A stretch of DNA of 63,273 nucleotides, counting the filler, from Perkinsus chesapeaki ATCC PRA-425 (taxonomy: Eukaryota > Protista > Perkinsozoa): assembly GCA_013115145.1 (NCBI GenBank). It is 8 parts of 8 records of this genome, joined end to end, with 100 filler letters (N's around TTAATTAATTAA, not from the genome) between each part and the next. Parts side by side here need not be neighbours in the genome. Positions count along the whole stretch, not along the records: positions 39,847 to 53,224 come from JAAPAO010000791.1; positions 53,325 to 58,124 come from JAAPAO010001223.1; positions 58,225 to 63,273 come from JAAPAO010001201.1; 5 more parts are not named here. The stretch is one strand, 5' to 3'. A program made the translations under genes and the position numbers. Position 1 is the first letter of the stretch. Each line of letters opens with the position of its first letter. Positions 48,701 through 59,062 of the stretch are shown one piece after another. The notes under the pieces are model-generated. The model was given only the letters and a program-made list of their open reading frames with translations, was not told where the DNA came from and ran no database searches.

Positions 48701-50236
48701 CAAGGAAGTATGTCCTCTCCATTTCAATGGCGTTTTACTATCCAACATCAGTAGATAGGTCACGCTTCATCATGTCACAGTCTACTTCAGATGATAGACA
48801 GAAGGCTACCGCCAAGATACTTTGAGAGCGTTCTGCTGTTTTAGTTCCTATTCCATCTATATTCGAAGGGTGAGAAATATCTGAGACTTGCAAACTAACT
48901 CTGGAATGTCGGTCAGTGTATATTCCACCGGCATTTCAATAAATAAAGTACTCATCTAGAATCGATGCAGCAGTCGTTAGACCATCGTTGCTGGGCACTT
49001 CCGATCTTGCTCACCGTTTTCTCAGAGAGGCGCATTGCTCCGAGTAGTCCTCAAGTGGCGGAGGGAGGTCCTCTGTCGAGTAACTCATTTGTAAGCAGTC
49101 ACACTCCTGCAATAAGGCTCGCTAAGGCTTGCTCTGGTCATAGCATGAGCCGGAGAACCAGGTCACATGCGTGCTAATGAGAAGATTCTACTCAGTAGGA
49201 TTAGTCGCCCCCTCCATAACGAGTAGCACGTTCAGTCTGAATTTCGGACTCCGAAACTCTGGAAAAGGCCCCTATCAGAGAAGGGATCACGCAGTATTGC
49301 GAGCTTTCTGTTTTGCCCATATTCTGAGCCGGATATTCACTTTACTTAGTTAGAGCCTCCGCAACGTAGCCATGTTTGTCTCGTCACAACCAGTTCAATC
49401 AGTCGTAATTTCTTGGCATCTGTGGCGTTGAAGAGGCGCACGCACCAGTACACCAGCGACAAGGGGCGACCTCGTGAATTCCGAGGCCTGCCCGTTATAC
49501 CGGTTCTCTTTCCCTCAATCCCGAAGCGCTGACATGATGTCAGTGACATCCTAGTTTTACTTTTCCACCGACAGTTGTTATCGCTGACCACGCACAATGA
49601 CATGCGTGCTGTCTCCTGCGAGCATGGGGCCATGCTACTGCTCACTGTCCGAACGTCATATACAGCCTTTCAGTTTAACATGGTGGATCGTACAGCCTAT
49701 TTGAAAGTACTAATCGATATGGGACAGCGAAATGCTCATTCGTCATGACAGAGGAGTGCCAACTTGTGCACTGAATAACACTTCACTCATTGCCATTGGC
49801 GAGTCGCCACAATGCAAGTCTAACATTCCTTTGGACTCAATCAGCAATCATAGTGGATAGCCTTCCATAACTATTGAATCTAGGGGACTTCCAAGCAAGA
49901 AAGAGGACGGTAAAGACCCAAAGTTTGGACCTCCCAGACTTGACAGTTCATCGCGCGGATCAGTTCGGGCGCGCGCACAGTAAAAGAATATCCGTCTGTC
50001 GACTCTCACCGAGGCTCGCGGTAGTCTGTTGTGCAAAAAGCTCCTAAGTTGGGTAGTAAAAACTGTGTTATAGAGGGCTACGTAGAGTTATAACTGGAAA
50101 ATGATAGTAATATGGATTGCCAGCCGGTCAAAGGTGCTTCGGCCCAGGTGTACGCATGGGTGCGCACGCGTGCACTCCAGTGAATAGCCAATTGGGTGCA
50201 TCAACACCAATCTTAATCACGCAACACCTTTTTGAC

Positions 50237-51604
50237 ATGTCGACACCCAAGGTGAATCGTTTAGCTGACTTTCATTCGGTACCTGCTATCCCTAAAGGTA
50301 ACGTCTTCACCGCTTGGACATGCTTAACGAACTGTATCATCGGTGCTGGTATGTTAAGCTATGCCAGGGCCCAAGCGATCTGCGGTTGGACCCTCGGTAT
50401 AATCCTTCTGCTAGTCTTTGCTATATTATCTTACTTCTCTCTACATCTGATAAGCAGATGTGCTATGGAGATGCCCGGTAAAAGGCTAAGCTACAGTACT
50501 ATGGCAGTGGCTGCTGGGTATCCAAGGATGCCATTATTCATTGACACTTTGATGTTTATCCATAATGCGGGTATCGACACTGCATATCTACAAGTATTCT
50601 CCAGCCTCGGTTTGGCCCTTCTTGAGAATTGGTCACCCGGCTCTACCGTGGAACATAGATTCTGGATCAGAGTTGGTCTCATTGGTCTTATCGTGGCTCT
50701 ACTTCTCCCCGTTTGCTTCTTGAAACGTATCACTAACACCGCTATAACCAACGCTATTGGCCTCTCCTGCTTCATGTATGCAATTATTGCTGGTGTAGTA
50801 TATTGCTTCAGCGTCGAGGAGCAAGTTGGTGAGCGCTATGCTGGTATACCACCAACCACTACAGTGTGGTCCATTCTCTCAGTGTTCCCGATATTCATAT
50901 TCGGCTACTCCTGTCATTTCACTATGCCGCTGGTTGCCGAGGATATGATAAACCGCAATATGAAGAGATTGGACACCGCCGCGATACTGGCCGTAGCATT
51001 TGTTGTGGTCATTTATCTGTCGGTTATGGTGGCGCCATATTATGCCTTTGGTGATCGCATTGAGTCTAACTTTTATCTCAACCTACCAGTATCGAACATA
51101 GCTATTCACATTGGTTATATAGCATTACCATTTGCCGTGTTGACGGCATTCCCCTTGTTATTATTCCCGGCGAGGCAATCGATCTCAAGCGTGGTAACCT
51201 ACTATCTGCCTACCCTCCAAGATACTCTTAAGCTGCATATCGGAACTACCATAGGTTTCCTAGTTATCTGTACAGTGTTGGCTGTCGCATTTGAGGACCT
51301 CGGTGTAACTATCCAGTTTATCGGTATCATTGGTACTAATTTTCTGGCATTCGTGATTCCATGTTTCGAATATCTTCATATTTGCTATTCGCCCTCCTCG
51401 AGTGTTGCCAATATGAACAGTCAAGATAAAGCAGAAGAGCTGGAGGTTAAAGAGGACTTAACTATCACGAATAAAGTCAGTGCTCTTTCAAAACTAAAGA
51501 ATCAGTCTTTAGAATGGTATGGAGCTCTGGCTTTATTCATAGGCGGTCTTATCTTTTTCCCTCTCTGTCTGACTGGCCTATTGTATGAACTCACTAATTC
51601 TTGA
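50237..51604 (+). CDS. Amino acid transporter, AAAP/SLC38-like (Aa_trans), intronless
   Basis: LTNCIIGAGMLSYARA in TM1, IFGYSCHF in TM6 and about 11 hydrophobic segments. First ATG at 50237 (ORF track starts at 50117). Confidence 0.93.
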   Translation: MSTPKVNRLADFHSVPAIPKGNVFTAWTCLTNCIIGAGMLSYARAQAICGWTLGIILLLVFAILSYFSLHLISRCAMEMPGKRLSYSTMAVAAGYPRMPLFIDTLMFIHNAGIDTAYLQVFSSLGLALLENWSPGSTVEHRFWIRVGLIGLIVALLLPVCFLKRITNTAITNAIGLSCFMYAIIAGVVYCFSVEEQVGERYAGIPPTTTVWSILSVFPIFIFGYSCHFTMPLVAEDMINRNMKRLDTAAILAVAFVVVIYLSVMVAPYYAFGDRIESNFYLNLPVSNIAIHIGYIALPFAVLTAFPLLLFPARQSISSVVTYYLPTLQDTLKLHIGTTIGFLVICTVLAVAFEDLGVTIQFIGIIGTNFLAFVIPCFEYLHICYSPSSSVANMNSQDKAEELEVKEDLTITNKVSALSKLKNQSLEWYGALALFIGGLIFFPLCLTGLLYELTNS

Positions 51605-53455
51605 AACATCTCAATGTAAACCTATTGAGCATTGGCCTCCCGTTAAAGGTTGATTCCCGGCTCTAAGTCGGGCAGTCAGCCCTGACTCGGACCCTCTGAG
51701 TCCGTTCTTGGTGATTAACACGATGCACGGGTAGCTCGCTCATTCTCTTTCGCAACATTTTTCTCTTATCATGTCGCTGTTAAAATCGCTTAGGGTCTTC
51801 GCAATAGCATTGAAGGCTATTTTGTACCAAGGTGATTTTTTTGTCATTGTCAGACTTAGTCTCGATTGTTACAAGTTTTCATTTGAAATGACGTCCTTTT
51901 GAGTTGCAGATAGTGGTCGGATCAGACCTTAGTTCAACATATGATAGTATCATAAGGATATTCATAACAGGCCTGCACTACTACCATAAATCAACGCACG
52001 CCTTCGCTGCTAGCTATTCGGCAGTGGCTGAGCAATCAAAAGTTGGAATCACAAAGAATATTCCCTCTTCGCTCAGCTTCCAAATCTCGGAAAACACGTA
52101 CGCGACTTGTTGCATCAAAGCATTTAGTTTCATCACAACGGTCAACAGCAAACGGCAAACGATAGCATGATTGGATAGTGCGTCTGGAATCGATCCAGGC
52201 CCTGGATTCAAGGGTCATCCGCATGGTTAGCAACTTGGTGGTACCCCCAGCCTGGTAGTAGCAAGCGTGATAACCACTGAGCGGTTTCCATATCGCACGC
52301 TACTCTGGCTAGAGCTTCGAAAATGTTTTTTACAGCCGTTTTGATAAGCCTCCAGTACGAAGTCTCCAGTTGAAACTATCGCTCTTGCCGTAACCTTTTC
52401 AGAAGATATGGTCTCATGGGGATGCGCCAACTTGAGAAACTGAAGTTAGCGTAAATGCCAACATAGAGATCAGCATTCTACGCGATTAGAAATTGTGTTA
52501 CAGATTTGATGAGTGTAGAATAAGTACAGAAGCACTGGTCTCAACGGTTACGAGGACACTTAAGTGTGGGGAAAGCACTGGTCCAAACAAGGGCAAAAAC
52601 CATGGACCAATTCGATCAGCATGTCAAAGCACAGTGCGAGCCCCGGATCCTGCCAGGATCATCTGGTAAGCATGATGTCGTACACCGCGGCGCATAATAC
52701 AACACTGCCTGGGGCCTAGTATGTGCTCCTCATTAGGGAAGTTCATCAAAACCATGTTTAAGAGACAGGCACTATCCGGAGAATCCCACCTGGGGCGTCG
52801 ATATTCCCACCGGAGCCAGCGGCGTCACAAAACGCGATGGCAGTATACTTCTGAGTATATAGCCCGTGAGACGAGGAGCGAGTAGAGCAAGGTGAAGACT
52901 CAGTCAAGGCATAGATGGCCATTAGGAACCTTGGTCGCTCTTATTAAGGCACTCTACGGGGCAGACATTCCCCCCAACTCAGGACTCACGAGCAGTACCT
53001 CGCCTGCTGAAGCGTGCATGCTTTTGGCCATAGCTACCGCCTTCAGCCGCAGTTCGCCAGGGCTTGTATTGGCTCTAAATCGAAGAAAACCCCCTACAAG
53101 TTATCCCTGGTAGCTTAGCGCAAGCTTGAATTGGTTTGCCACAGCGAAGGTATCATGATAAGCGGATTGAGCTTGCGAATGTAGCGGCTGTGAAATCTCC
53201 AGAGATTAAGGGAGTACCGCACGCNNNNNNNNNNNNNNNNNNNNNNNNNNNNNNNNNNNNNNNNNNNNTTAATTAATTAANNNNNNNNNNNNNNNNNNNN
53301 NNNNNNNNNNNNNNNNNNNNNNNNTCTTCTTCTTCTTCTAGTCCCCATGGTCGCGGCCCGGCCTTTGAGGCGCTAGGGGCCGCCAAACTTGGACTGAGTT
53401 GATCGGCTAGCACTGTCGAGGGTTCCGTGACCGCGCAACATTCAACTTTCCTCCT

Positions 53456-56400
53456 TCATGTCATCTCCGCGGGGTTCCCCTTCTCCAGCCGGCGAGTTGA
53501 AGATATGAACAGCTCCACAGCATTAGCCAAAGATCTATCTCTTATCAAGGCATCGCCATGCAGGACTGGCCAGCCCAGACCCCGCACCAGTACGGCTGCC
53601 TTCAGAGGTTGCCTTTGAACGCACCATCGGTGACATCGATACAGGAAGTGCATGATATCCTCCTGTTCGCCCGCGTCGCAAAATGGGCAGGCGTCTGAGC
53701 CTCCGTCGACGTGACAACGCGAGTACCGTAGGTTATTTCTGCCGCTGATCAAACGCCAAAGGTTCGACAGCCCTCCAAGTGTCCGGAGAGCACGCAAGGC
53801 CGATGCCGTGGGTACGAAATATTTGAAGGACCGCCCCAGACTACGAGCTTCCAACTCGTACTGCTGATCCGACCGAGCAGAGAGCCTGTTTGCGAGTATA
53901 CCGGAGAGAGCCTCTCGTGCAACGGGAACTGCCAACTCCGCATCGAGGCCGTGGACGGCCGCAGTTCTCGCGGCAGAATCAGCTCTCCGATTCCCTTCAG
54001 TTTGTTTAGAAGGGGTGTACTTTATAAAGATAGGCAGAGCCAGGTCCCTCAGTCGACGGAGGACATCCTGGACCAGGCTGTTGCCCTCCAGGCGGCATCC
54101 ATTCTTGCGTGTGAGGCAGTCGATTGCTCTCAGACAGTCCGAAAGAATCAAAATGCTACTCGCCCCGGCTTGACGGGCAGCAGTGACAGCAGCCAGCCAT
54201 ATTCCCATCACCTCCGCCTGAAATGGAGTTGTGTGGGTGGGAAGCCGCCATCCAGTGGTGGTCCAAGCTGCTTCTGCAGACATGGAGGCAGTGCCGCAGC
54301 CGGCCGACATCCCGCGACACACAGAGCCATCGGAGTAAATAACCACAGTACCGGGAGTGTCACAGGATCGTCTAGCAGGGCTTATGGCGTACGGCACTTG
54401 ATTTGCAGCCTCAACGAACCTTTCCACAGTATGAGGGTGGATCGTCTCCTGGGCGATCTGTCTCACTTGGTCAAGGGATAGGAAGTCAGGAGCAGAGAGG
54501 CGCCGTTTGGCACATTGTGAAACGCACAGTTCATCCCATGTGATACCATCTCGACCAGTGCGACTAGCAAAACTGGTGGGCGTCCGTGAATCCAGACGCC
54601 TAGCACGGCGGTTAAGCTTAGCTTGCAAAGACCGCAGCTGGAGGGCCACGCGCTGGCGTTTAGCTGCAACGCCCCAGCATCCGACACCATGTAGCAGAAC
54701 ACCTCTGGCGACTGAGTCGAAGAACTGTAAAGCCACTTCGGGAACCAAGCCCCACGTACTGCGCACATGTCTCCTAACGGTATGGTAAGATGCCTCAATC
54801 TTCCCAATCACGGCAGCCACGTGCCGGCTCCACTTGAATTTCCTGTCGAGATGCAGCCCGAGCCATACAACGCAGTCCTCCGCAATCGTCACGTCGCCCA
54901 CCTTGACACTCAATTTGGGCCCACCGTGGCATTTCCGAGCAGGAAAGCACATAAGCTTGGTTTTCGACCAAGAGAGGGAGCACTTGACCAAGCGGCACCA
55001 TCGCTGCAACTGGTTGGCGATGGCCTCAACGGTGATCTGGATCTCCGACTCGCTGGTATAGCGGAAGAGGATCACTCCGTCGTCTGCATATATCACAGTG
55101 ATCCACCGGCCCAGGGCCGCGTCAAAGGTGAGCATGAAAGCATTGAACACCCATGGAGAAGTGACACCTCCTTGTGCAATTCCCCTTGTAAGCTGGCGCT
55201 CGCATGAGTCCGAGCCATGGTGTACTGTGATGATTCTGTCGCTCAGGTAGTCCTTCAGAAGAGCGAGGTAGTCCGAGTTGACGCCTTGCTCAAGCAGCAC
55301 CTTCAGCGATGACCAAACGCTGCACCTGTCGAAGGCTCCTTCAATATCAACGAAGAGTGCTCCAACGCTGCAGCCCTGCTGCCACGCCTTCCTGACGACA
55401 TCTTCGAGCTGACCGACAGCAGTGTCACAGCTTCTCCCAGTTCTGTACGCGTGTAGGTTAGGCGGGAATGATAGTTCTGCACTGACGCGGCGATATAGAA
55501 CTCTATCAAAGACTCTAGCGAGGGCGCAGTTCACCGTGATCGGTCTCCACGCCTTGGGATCCCACGGTGGGCGACTACCTCCTTTTGGCAGTGTGACAAC
55601 GTAGCCACGCTTGAGTAAGGGGGGGATACGGCGGTGGAGAAGAAACGACGAGAAGAGCGCGCAGAAGAGGGCCGGCTCACGCTCAATAGCCAGCTTAATC
55701 GCAGGTACGGGAACAGAGTCCTCACCCGGGCATGAGTTACTGCGCACATCTCGTATCGCATTGAGCAGCTCACTGTTCTCGAGGGGAGGGATAGCTGGTG
55801 ACCCACGCGTACGGTCGCGAATCTTCTCATATAGATCCTCCCGGTCTCTGGCCTGCTGCGGGAGGTCAGCCTCCTCCTGCGGGAAGAGTGCACCCGCTAT
55901 GTCCGAGGCAGATTGATAGACCTGAGCATTCCCAGCACGCGCCCTCAGCCATTTCCTATGGAAGGCCAGTGCCGTCTGAGGATCAGCAATCTCAGAGACA
56001 AGCCTCTTCGCATGGGCGTTTGCGGCCTTCCTCTTGGCTCGCTTGAGCTCACGACTGACGGACCGAAGCTCCGCACGGACTGATGGTGTGTCACTAGTGC
56101 GCTTGATACGCCTACGGAGCCACTGGATCCTGTGCGTTATGCGGGTCAGCTCAGCAGTCCACCATACAGGCTTAGGATCTCGCTTCTTAGGGGGCCGACG
56201 GCATTCCTTGACCAGTAGTTTGAGTCCCTCACATATACCTTCAGTAGCTGCCGCAAGCTCCTCCCAGCGGAGAGATTGGAAATTGATGTCACGGTAGTTG
56301 GCTAGGCACTCGCTGACTTTCACTGCAAACCGCTCACCATCGAAGAAGCCTTGGTTGTGCCAAGGCGGTGCCTCGCGTCTCACTGGGAGCACGGATAAGG

Positions 56401-57190
56401 TAAGCTTTATTGCAGCATGATCTGATATCATTGACAACGGGTGATACCAGTCAACCAACCATTGCGAGGACCGCCGCAGAATGTATTCAGAGCAGAGAGA
56501 GACGTCAATATGAGAGGTTATGGGTTCGCCGAGGCTGGTCACTCTGTGACTCCTGAATGTCGGAGGCGATTCGGGCTCGTTCAGCAGGTATAGGTTGAGA
56601 TCGGTGTACCATTCCTCGAAGACATCACCCCGCTTCCTTTGATATGAGCCACCGTCGGGTGGAGTCCCCCACACGCTATTCCAGGCATTGGTATCACAGC
56701 AGAGCAGAGTGTGATGACCATGTACGTGCTCAGCTATACCTTGAAGGCAGCTCTCCATAGTGATATGCCCGTCGGACGGACAATATCCCGATAGGATTCT
56801 TATGGTAGCTTTGGGAGCAGACTCCGTACTGCAAATCACATCCACGCCCGACCAGTCACAGTGTTCGGATATCCCTGCAATGGCAGTGTGGCGGACGTGC
56901 GTGCGCAGAAGTATTGCACTACGTGATGGTGATTTGCCCATCACCAAAGACCAGTCACCATCAGGTCGTTCATTTAAAAGTTTCCTACATATATGAGCCC
57001 TAGGCGGCTCCTGAATAGCTAAAATATCTACATCAGTGCAAGCTAGAGCCTGCTGGAAGACAGCAGAGCTTTTGCCCATATTAATTTGAATGATACGAAT
57101 ATTACAGAGGATGTCCTCGTTGCCCTTGGCTAATAAAGCCGAGCCAGTGACCCCAGGTCCCTCTTGACGAGGGCACGAACTAGGGGGCAT
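53456..57190 (-). CDS. ORF2: AP endonuclease, reverse transcriptase, RNase H and C-terminal CCHC (1244 aa, intact)
   Basis: APE motifs QINMGK, IQEP, GYCP, DTNA and SDH; RT motifs PGED, RPITV, DIEGAFD, QGGVTSP, YADD and WLG; RNase H motifs SDGS, QAEV, SDC and GNRRADSAA; CPFC..H..C. Confidence 0.96.
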   Translation of the reverse strand: MPPSSCPRQEGPGVTGSALLAKGNEDILCNIRIIQINMGKSSAVFQQALACTDVDILAIQEPPRAHICRKLLNERPDGDWSLVMGKSPSRSAILLRTHVRHTAIAGISEHCDWSGVDVICSTESAPKATIRILSGYCPSDGHITMESCLQGIAEHVHGHHTLLCCDTNAWNSVWGTPPDGGSYQRKRGDVFEEWYTDLNLYLLNEPESPPTFRSHRVTSLGEPITSHIDVSLCSEYILRRSSQWLVDWYHPLSMISDHAAIKLTLSVLPVRREAPPWHNQGFFDGERFAVKVSECLANYRDINFQSLRWEELAAATEGICEGLKLLVKECRRPPKKRDPKPVWWTAELTRITHRIQWLRRRIKRTSDTPSVRAELRSVSRELKRAKRKAANAHAKRLVSEIADPQTALAFHRKWLRARAGNAQVYQSASDIAGALFPQEEADLPQQARDREDLYEKIRDRTRGSPAIPPLENSELLNAIRDVRSNSCPGEDSVPVPAIKLAIEREPALFCALFSSFLLHRRIPPLLKRGYVVTLPKGGSRPPWDPKAWRPITVNCALARVFDRVLYRRVSAELSFPPNLHAYRTGRSCDTAVGQLEDVVRKAWQQGCSVGALFVDIEGAFDRCSVWSSLKVLLEQGVNSDYLALLKDYLSDRIITVHHGSDSCERQLTRGIAQGGVTSPWVFNAFMLTFDAALGRWITVIYADDGVILFRYTSESEIQITVEAIANQLQRWCRLVKCSLSWSKTKLMCFPARKCHGGPKLSVKVGDVTIAEDCVVWLGLHLDRKFKWSRHVAAVIGKIEASYHTVRRHVRSTWGLVPEVALQFFDSVARGVLLHGVGCWGVAAKRQRVALQLRSLQAKLNRRARRLDSRTPTSFASRTGRDGITWDELCVSQCAKRRLSAPDFLSLDQVRQIAQETIHPHTVERFVEAANQVPYAISPARRSCDTPGTVVIYSDGSVCRGMSAGCGTASMSAEAAWTTTGWRLPTHTTPFQAEVMGIWLAAVTAARQAGASSILILSDCLRAIDCLTRKNGCRLEGNSLVQDVLRRLRDLALPIFIKYTPSKQTEGNRRADSAARTAAVHGLDAELAVPVAREALSGILANRLSARSDQQYELEARSLGRSFKYFVPTASALRALRTLGGLSNLWRLISGRNNLRYSRCHVDGGSDACPFCDAGEQEDIMHFLYRCHRWCVQRQPLKAAVLVRGLGWPVLHGDALIRDRSLANAVELFISSTRRLEKGNPAEMT

Positions 57191-58065
57191 TGACGATGGT
57201 CAGTGGCGTGATGATTGCCGTCACAATTAACACACCGTGGCGGACCACCAGGGCACGCCCTTCCCTCGTGACCTTTCTTCCCGCACTTATAGCAGGCTGG
57301 TGAGTTGGGGCAGTCCTTGGCGAGGTGGGCTGATTTCCCAACGGCACAGCACTTATAACACATTGTACGACGATGCCTGAGCTCAGGCCTAACTAGGCGC
57401 CATCCAAGCTTAATGCCAGTGTCGAGTATCTCTTGGACTGAGCTCTTCCGAACCTTCGCGAAGGCGTTGAGACCCTTCTTGTAGACAGAAGTACAGCCGT
57501 CTCCTATCGCTTGACGCAAGTCGTCTTCACTTGCGTTGCCCACATCCCTGATAAACAGTTCAGGCTCGTGCTCTCCTAGGATTTTGAATTCAAAACCGAG
57601 TCCCCTGACTGCGTCACCCACCGCCATGCGGTCCGTGTCGGAGACCCGCAGCCCTAGTCTCCCATCCCTAGCAAAGAAGCTATCAGTGACGATAACTCTC
57701 GCTTTTTCGCCAATTCTGTTGACAATGTTGATACGGTGCTCAGTGCTTTTGTCGTTGGAACCGATGTCGCCGCCAGTGACCCAGATCAGAGCACCGTCGC
57801 GCTCCACTCTCCCACGGGAGTGCTCAGCATCCACAATGGGGTCCGCGCTGGGGCTGCACGCCCCGTGATAGGTGCTGTCCTTAGCTTTGTACAGTTCATC
57901 CTTTAGAGTTGAGTGCTCCTCGAGGAGGCTGATCAACCTCTGCTGAGTGTTGACGAGCTTCTCTGTCGTCCCCGTGTACAGATTGTGCATATTCTCCAGA
58001 AGGCCACGAACCTCAGTTTTCTTTGCCGCCGACATAGTAGTAGTACCACAAACAGTCATAATCAT
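57130..58065 (-). CDS. ORF1: gag-like nucleic-acid chaperone with coiled coil and three zinc knuckles
   Basis: CYKCC..HLAKDC, CYKCGKKGHEGRAC and CVNCDGNHHATDHRQC. Overlaps ORF2 by 61 nt; the frame stays open upstream to the gap. Confidence 0.93.
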   Translation of the reverse strand: MIMTVCGTTTMSAAKKTEVRGLLENMHNLYTGTTEKLVNTQQRLISLLEEHSTLKDELYKAKDSTYHGACSPSADPIVDAEHSRGRVERDGALIWVTGGDIGSNDKSTEHRINIVNRIGEKARVIVTDSFFARDGRLGLRVSDTDRMAVGDAVRGLGFEFKILGEHEPELFIRDVGNASEDDLRQAIGDGCTSVYKKGLNAFAKVRKSSVQEILDTGIKLGWRLVRPELRHRRTMCYKCCAVGKSAHLAKDCPNSPACYKCGKKGHEGRACPGGPPRCVNCDGNHHATDHRQCPLVRALVKRDLGSLARLY

Positions 58066-58585
58066 CTCCTTGTACTCCGCGAAGCCGAGCCCCTCTCCTG
58101 GGCCTCCAGAAGCCTCAGCCGATGNNNNNNNNNNNNNNNNNNNNNNNNNNNNNNNNNNNNNNNNNNNNTTAATTAATTAANNNNNNNNNNNNNNNNNNNN
58201 NNNNNNNNNNNNNNNNNNNNNNNNTTTTAATATCAGTTTTTTTGGGGCGTGGCAAAAAAAAACCACACCAAAAACGCCGGGCAAAAAAACTGGCCGGGGG
58301 GGGTTTTTTATTTTTAACCGCCCCCCCCCCCCCCCCCCAAAAAAATCCCCCCCCCCCCCCCCCCCCTCGCGGACCAGCTCCCAGTGGGAGTCTCCCACCC
58401 GTAAATATGTTGGTTGCTGTTGAAAGGAAAAACGTTACAATCAATCAACAGTTTGGAAGAGGAAAAGCGGATGTATACGGTGCGGATGACACTGGCTCTG
58501 GGGTCACCAACGGAGCATCATATGGACCAGATAATTATTCGACACACGAAGTCTGCTGGCCTGACTGACCTGACCAATGTTTTCC

Positions 58586-59062
58586 CAGTGTCGTAACGAC
58601 ACTGTCGTTACACTCCCGCGAAGTAGACATTTTCGCGGTCACGTCACGTGATAGTGTCACCTGTGTTGTGGGTCCAGATTGATCCCCATCTTGCTATATT
58701 GCTGATTTCCCACAACCTCCGGATGTCCCGATTCGGGACATAATAGGTTGTGGGCTTCGGGACTCCCGAAGGACACTACTATTTCCCGGAGGGCCCTCTG
58801 ATGTATTAAACCTTCGCCATTCCCTTTATAGCTGTCGAGCCCAATATCAATTAATTGCGCAGAGTAATTGTGTTTGCGTACATATAGATTGGTGCAGAAC
58901 TTAAGTGCAGGTAGTGCGCTTATATCTACTGTTCCAGGGTCGTAGTATTGGTATTCTGGCTCAAGCTCCTCTGTTGTGTTATTCTTCAGAGTTCATCAAC
59001 TAATACCGCGACACTTGCTGGGGTTCGTGTCACGAATGAAGTCACGAACTTCGTGACTTCAT
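58586..59062. repeat. Palindrome-rich element (five one-base-centre palindromes plus a nested inverted repeat)
   Basis: Palindromes at 58586-58604, 58724-58740, 58755-58771, 59024-59036 and 59036-59062; CCCACAACCT/AGGTTGTGGG at 58709-58718 and 58745-58754. Confidence 0.8.

Larger units (their letters stand above)
53325..58124 (-). mobile_element. Non-LTR retrotransposon, I group (R1/LOA/Tad1/I-like), 5' end cut by the contig end
   Basis: ORF1 with three CCHC knuckles, ORF2 with APE-RT-RNase H-CCHC, short 3' UTR and (GAA)n tail at 53325-53339. Confidence 0.95.

Noticed and set aside
58225-58370. Poly-G/poly-C and poly-A tracts giving G-rich and P-rich ORFs, G-quadruplex-like
   Set aside because: Typical low-quality read end at a contig start.
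58579-58589. GTTTTCCCAGT match to the M13/pUC primer site
   Set aside because: Only 11 nt, and the flanks do not continue as vector.
58941-58965. TCTGGCTCAAG resembling the 3' end of the Perkinsus spliced leader (also CGTAGCCAT near 49364)
   Set aside because: Only 9-11 nt, wrong spacing to the 5' part, and no adjacent gene start or SL RNA intron.
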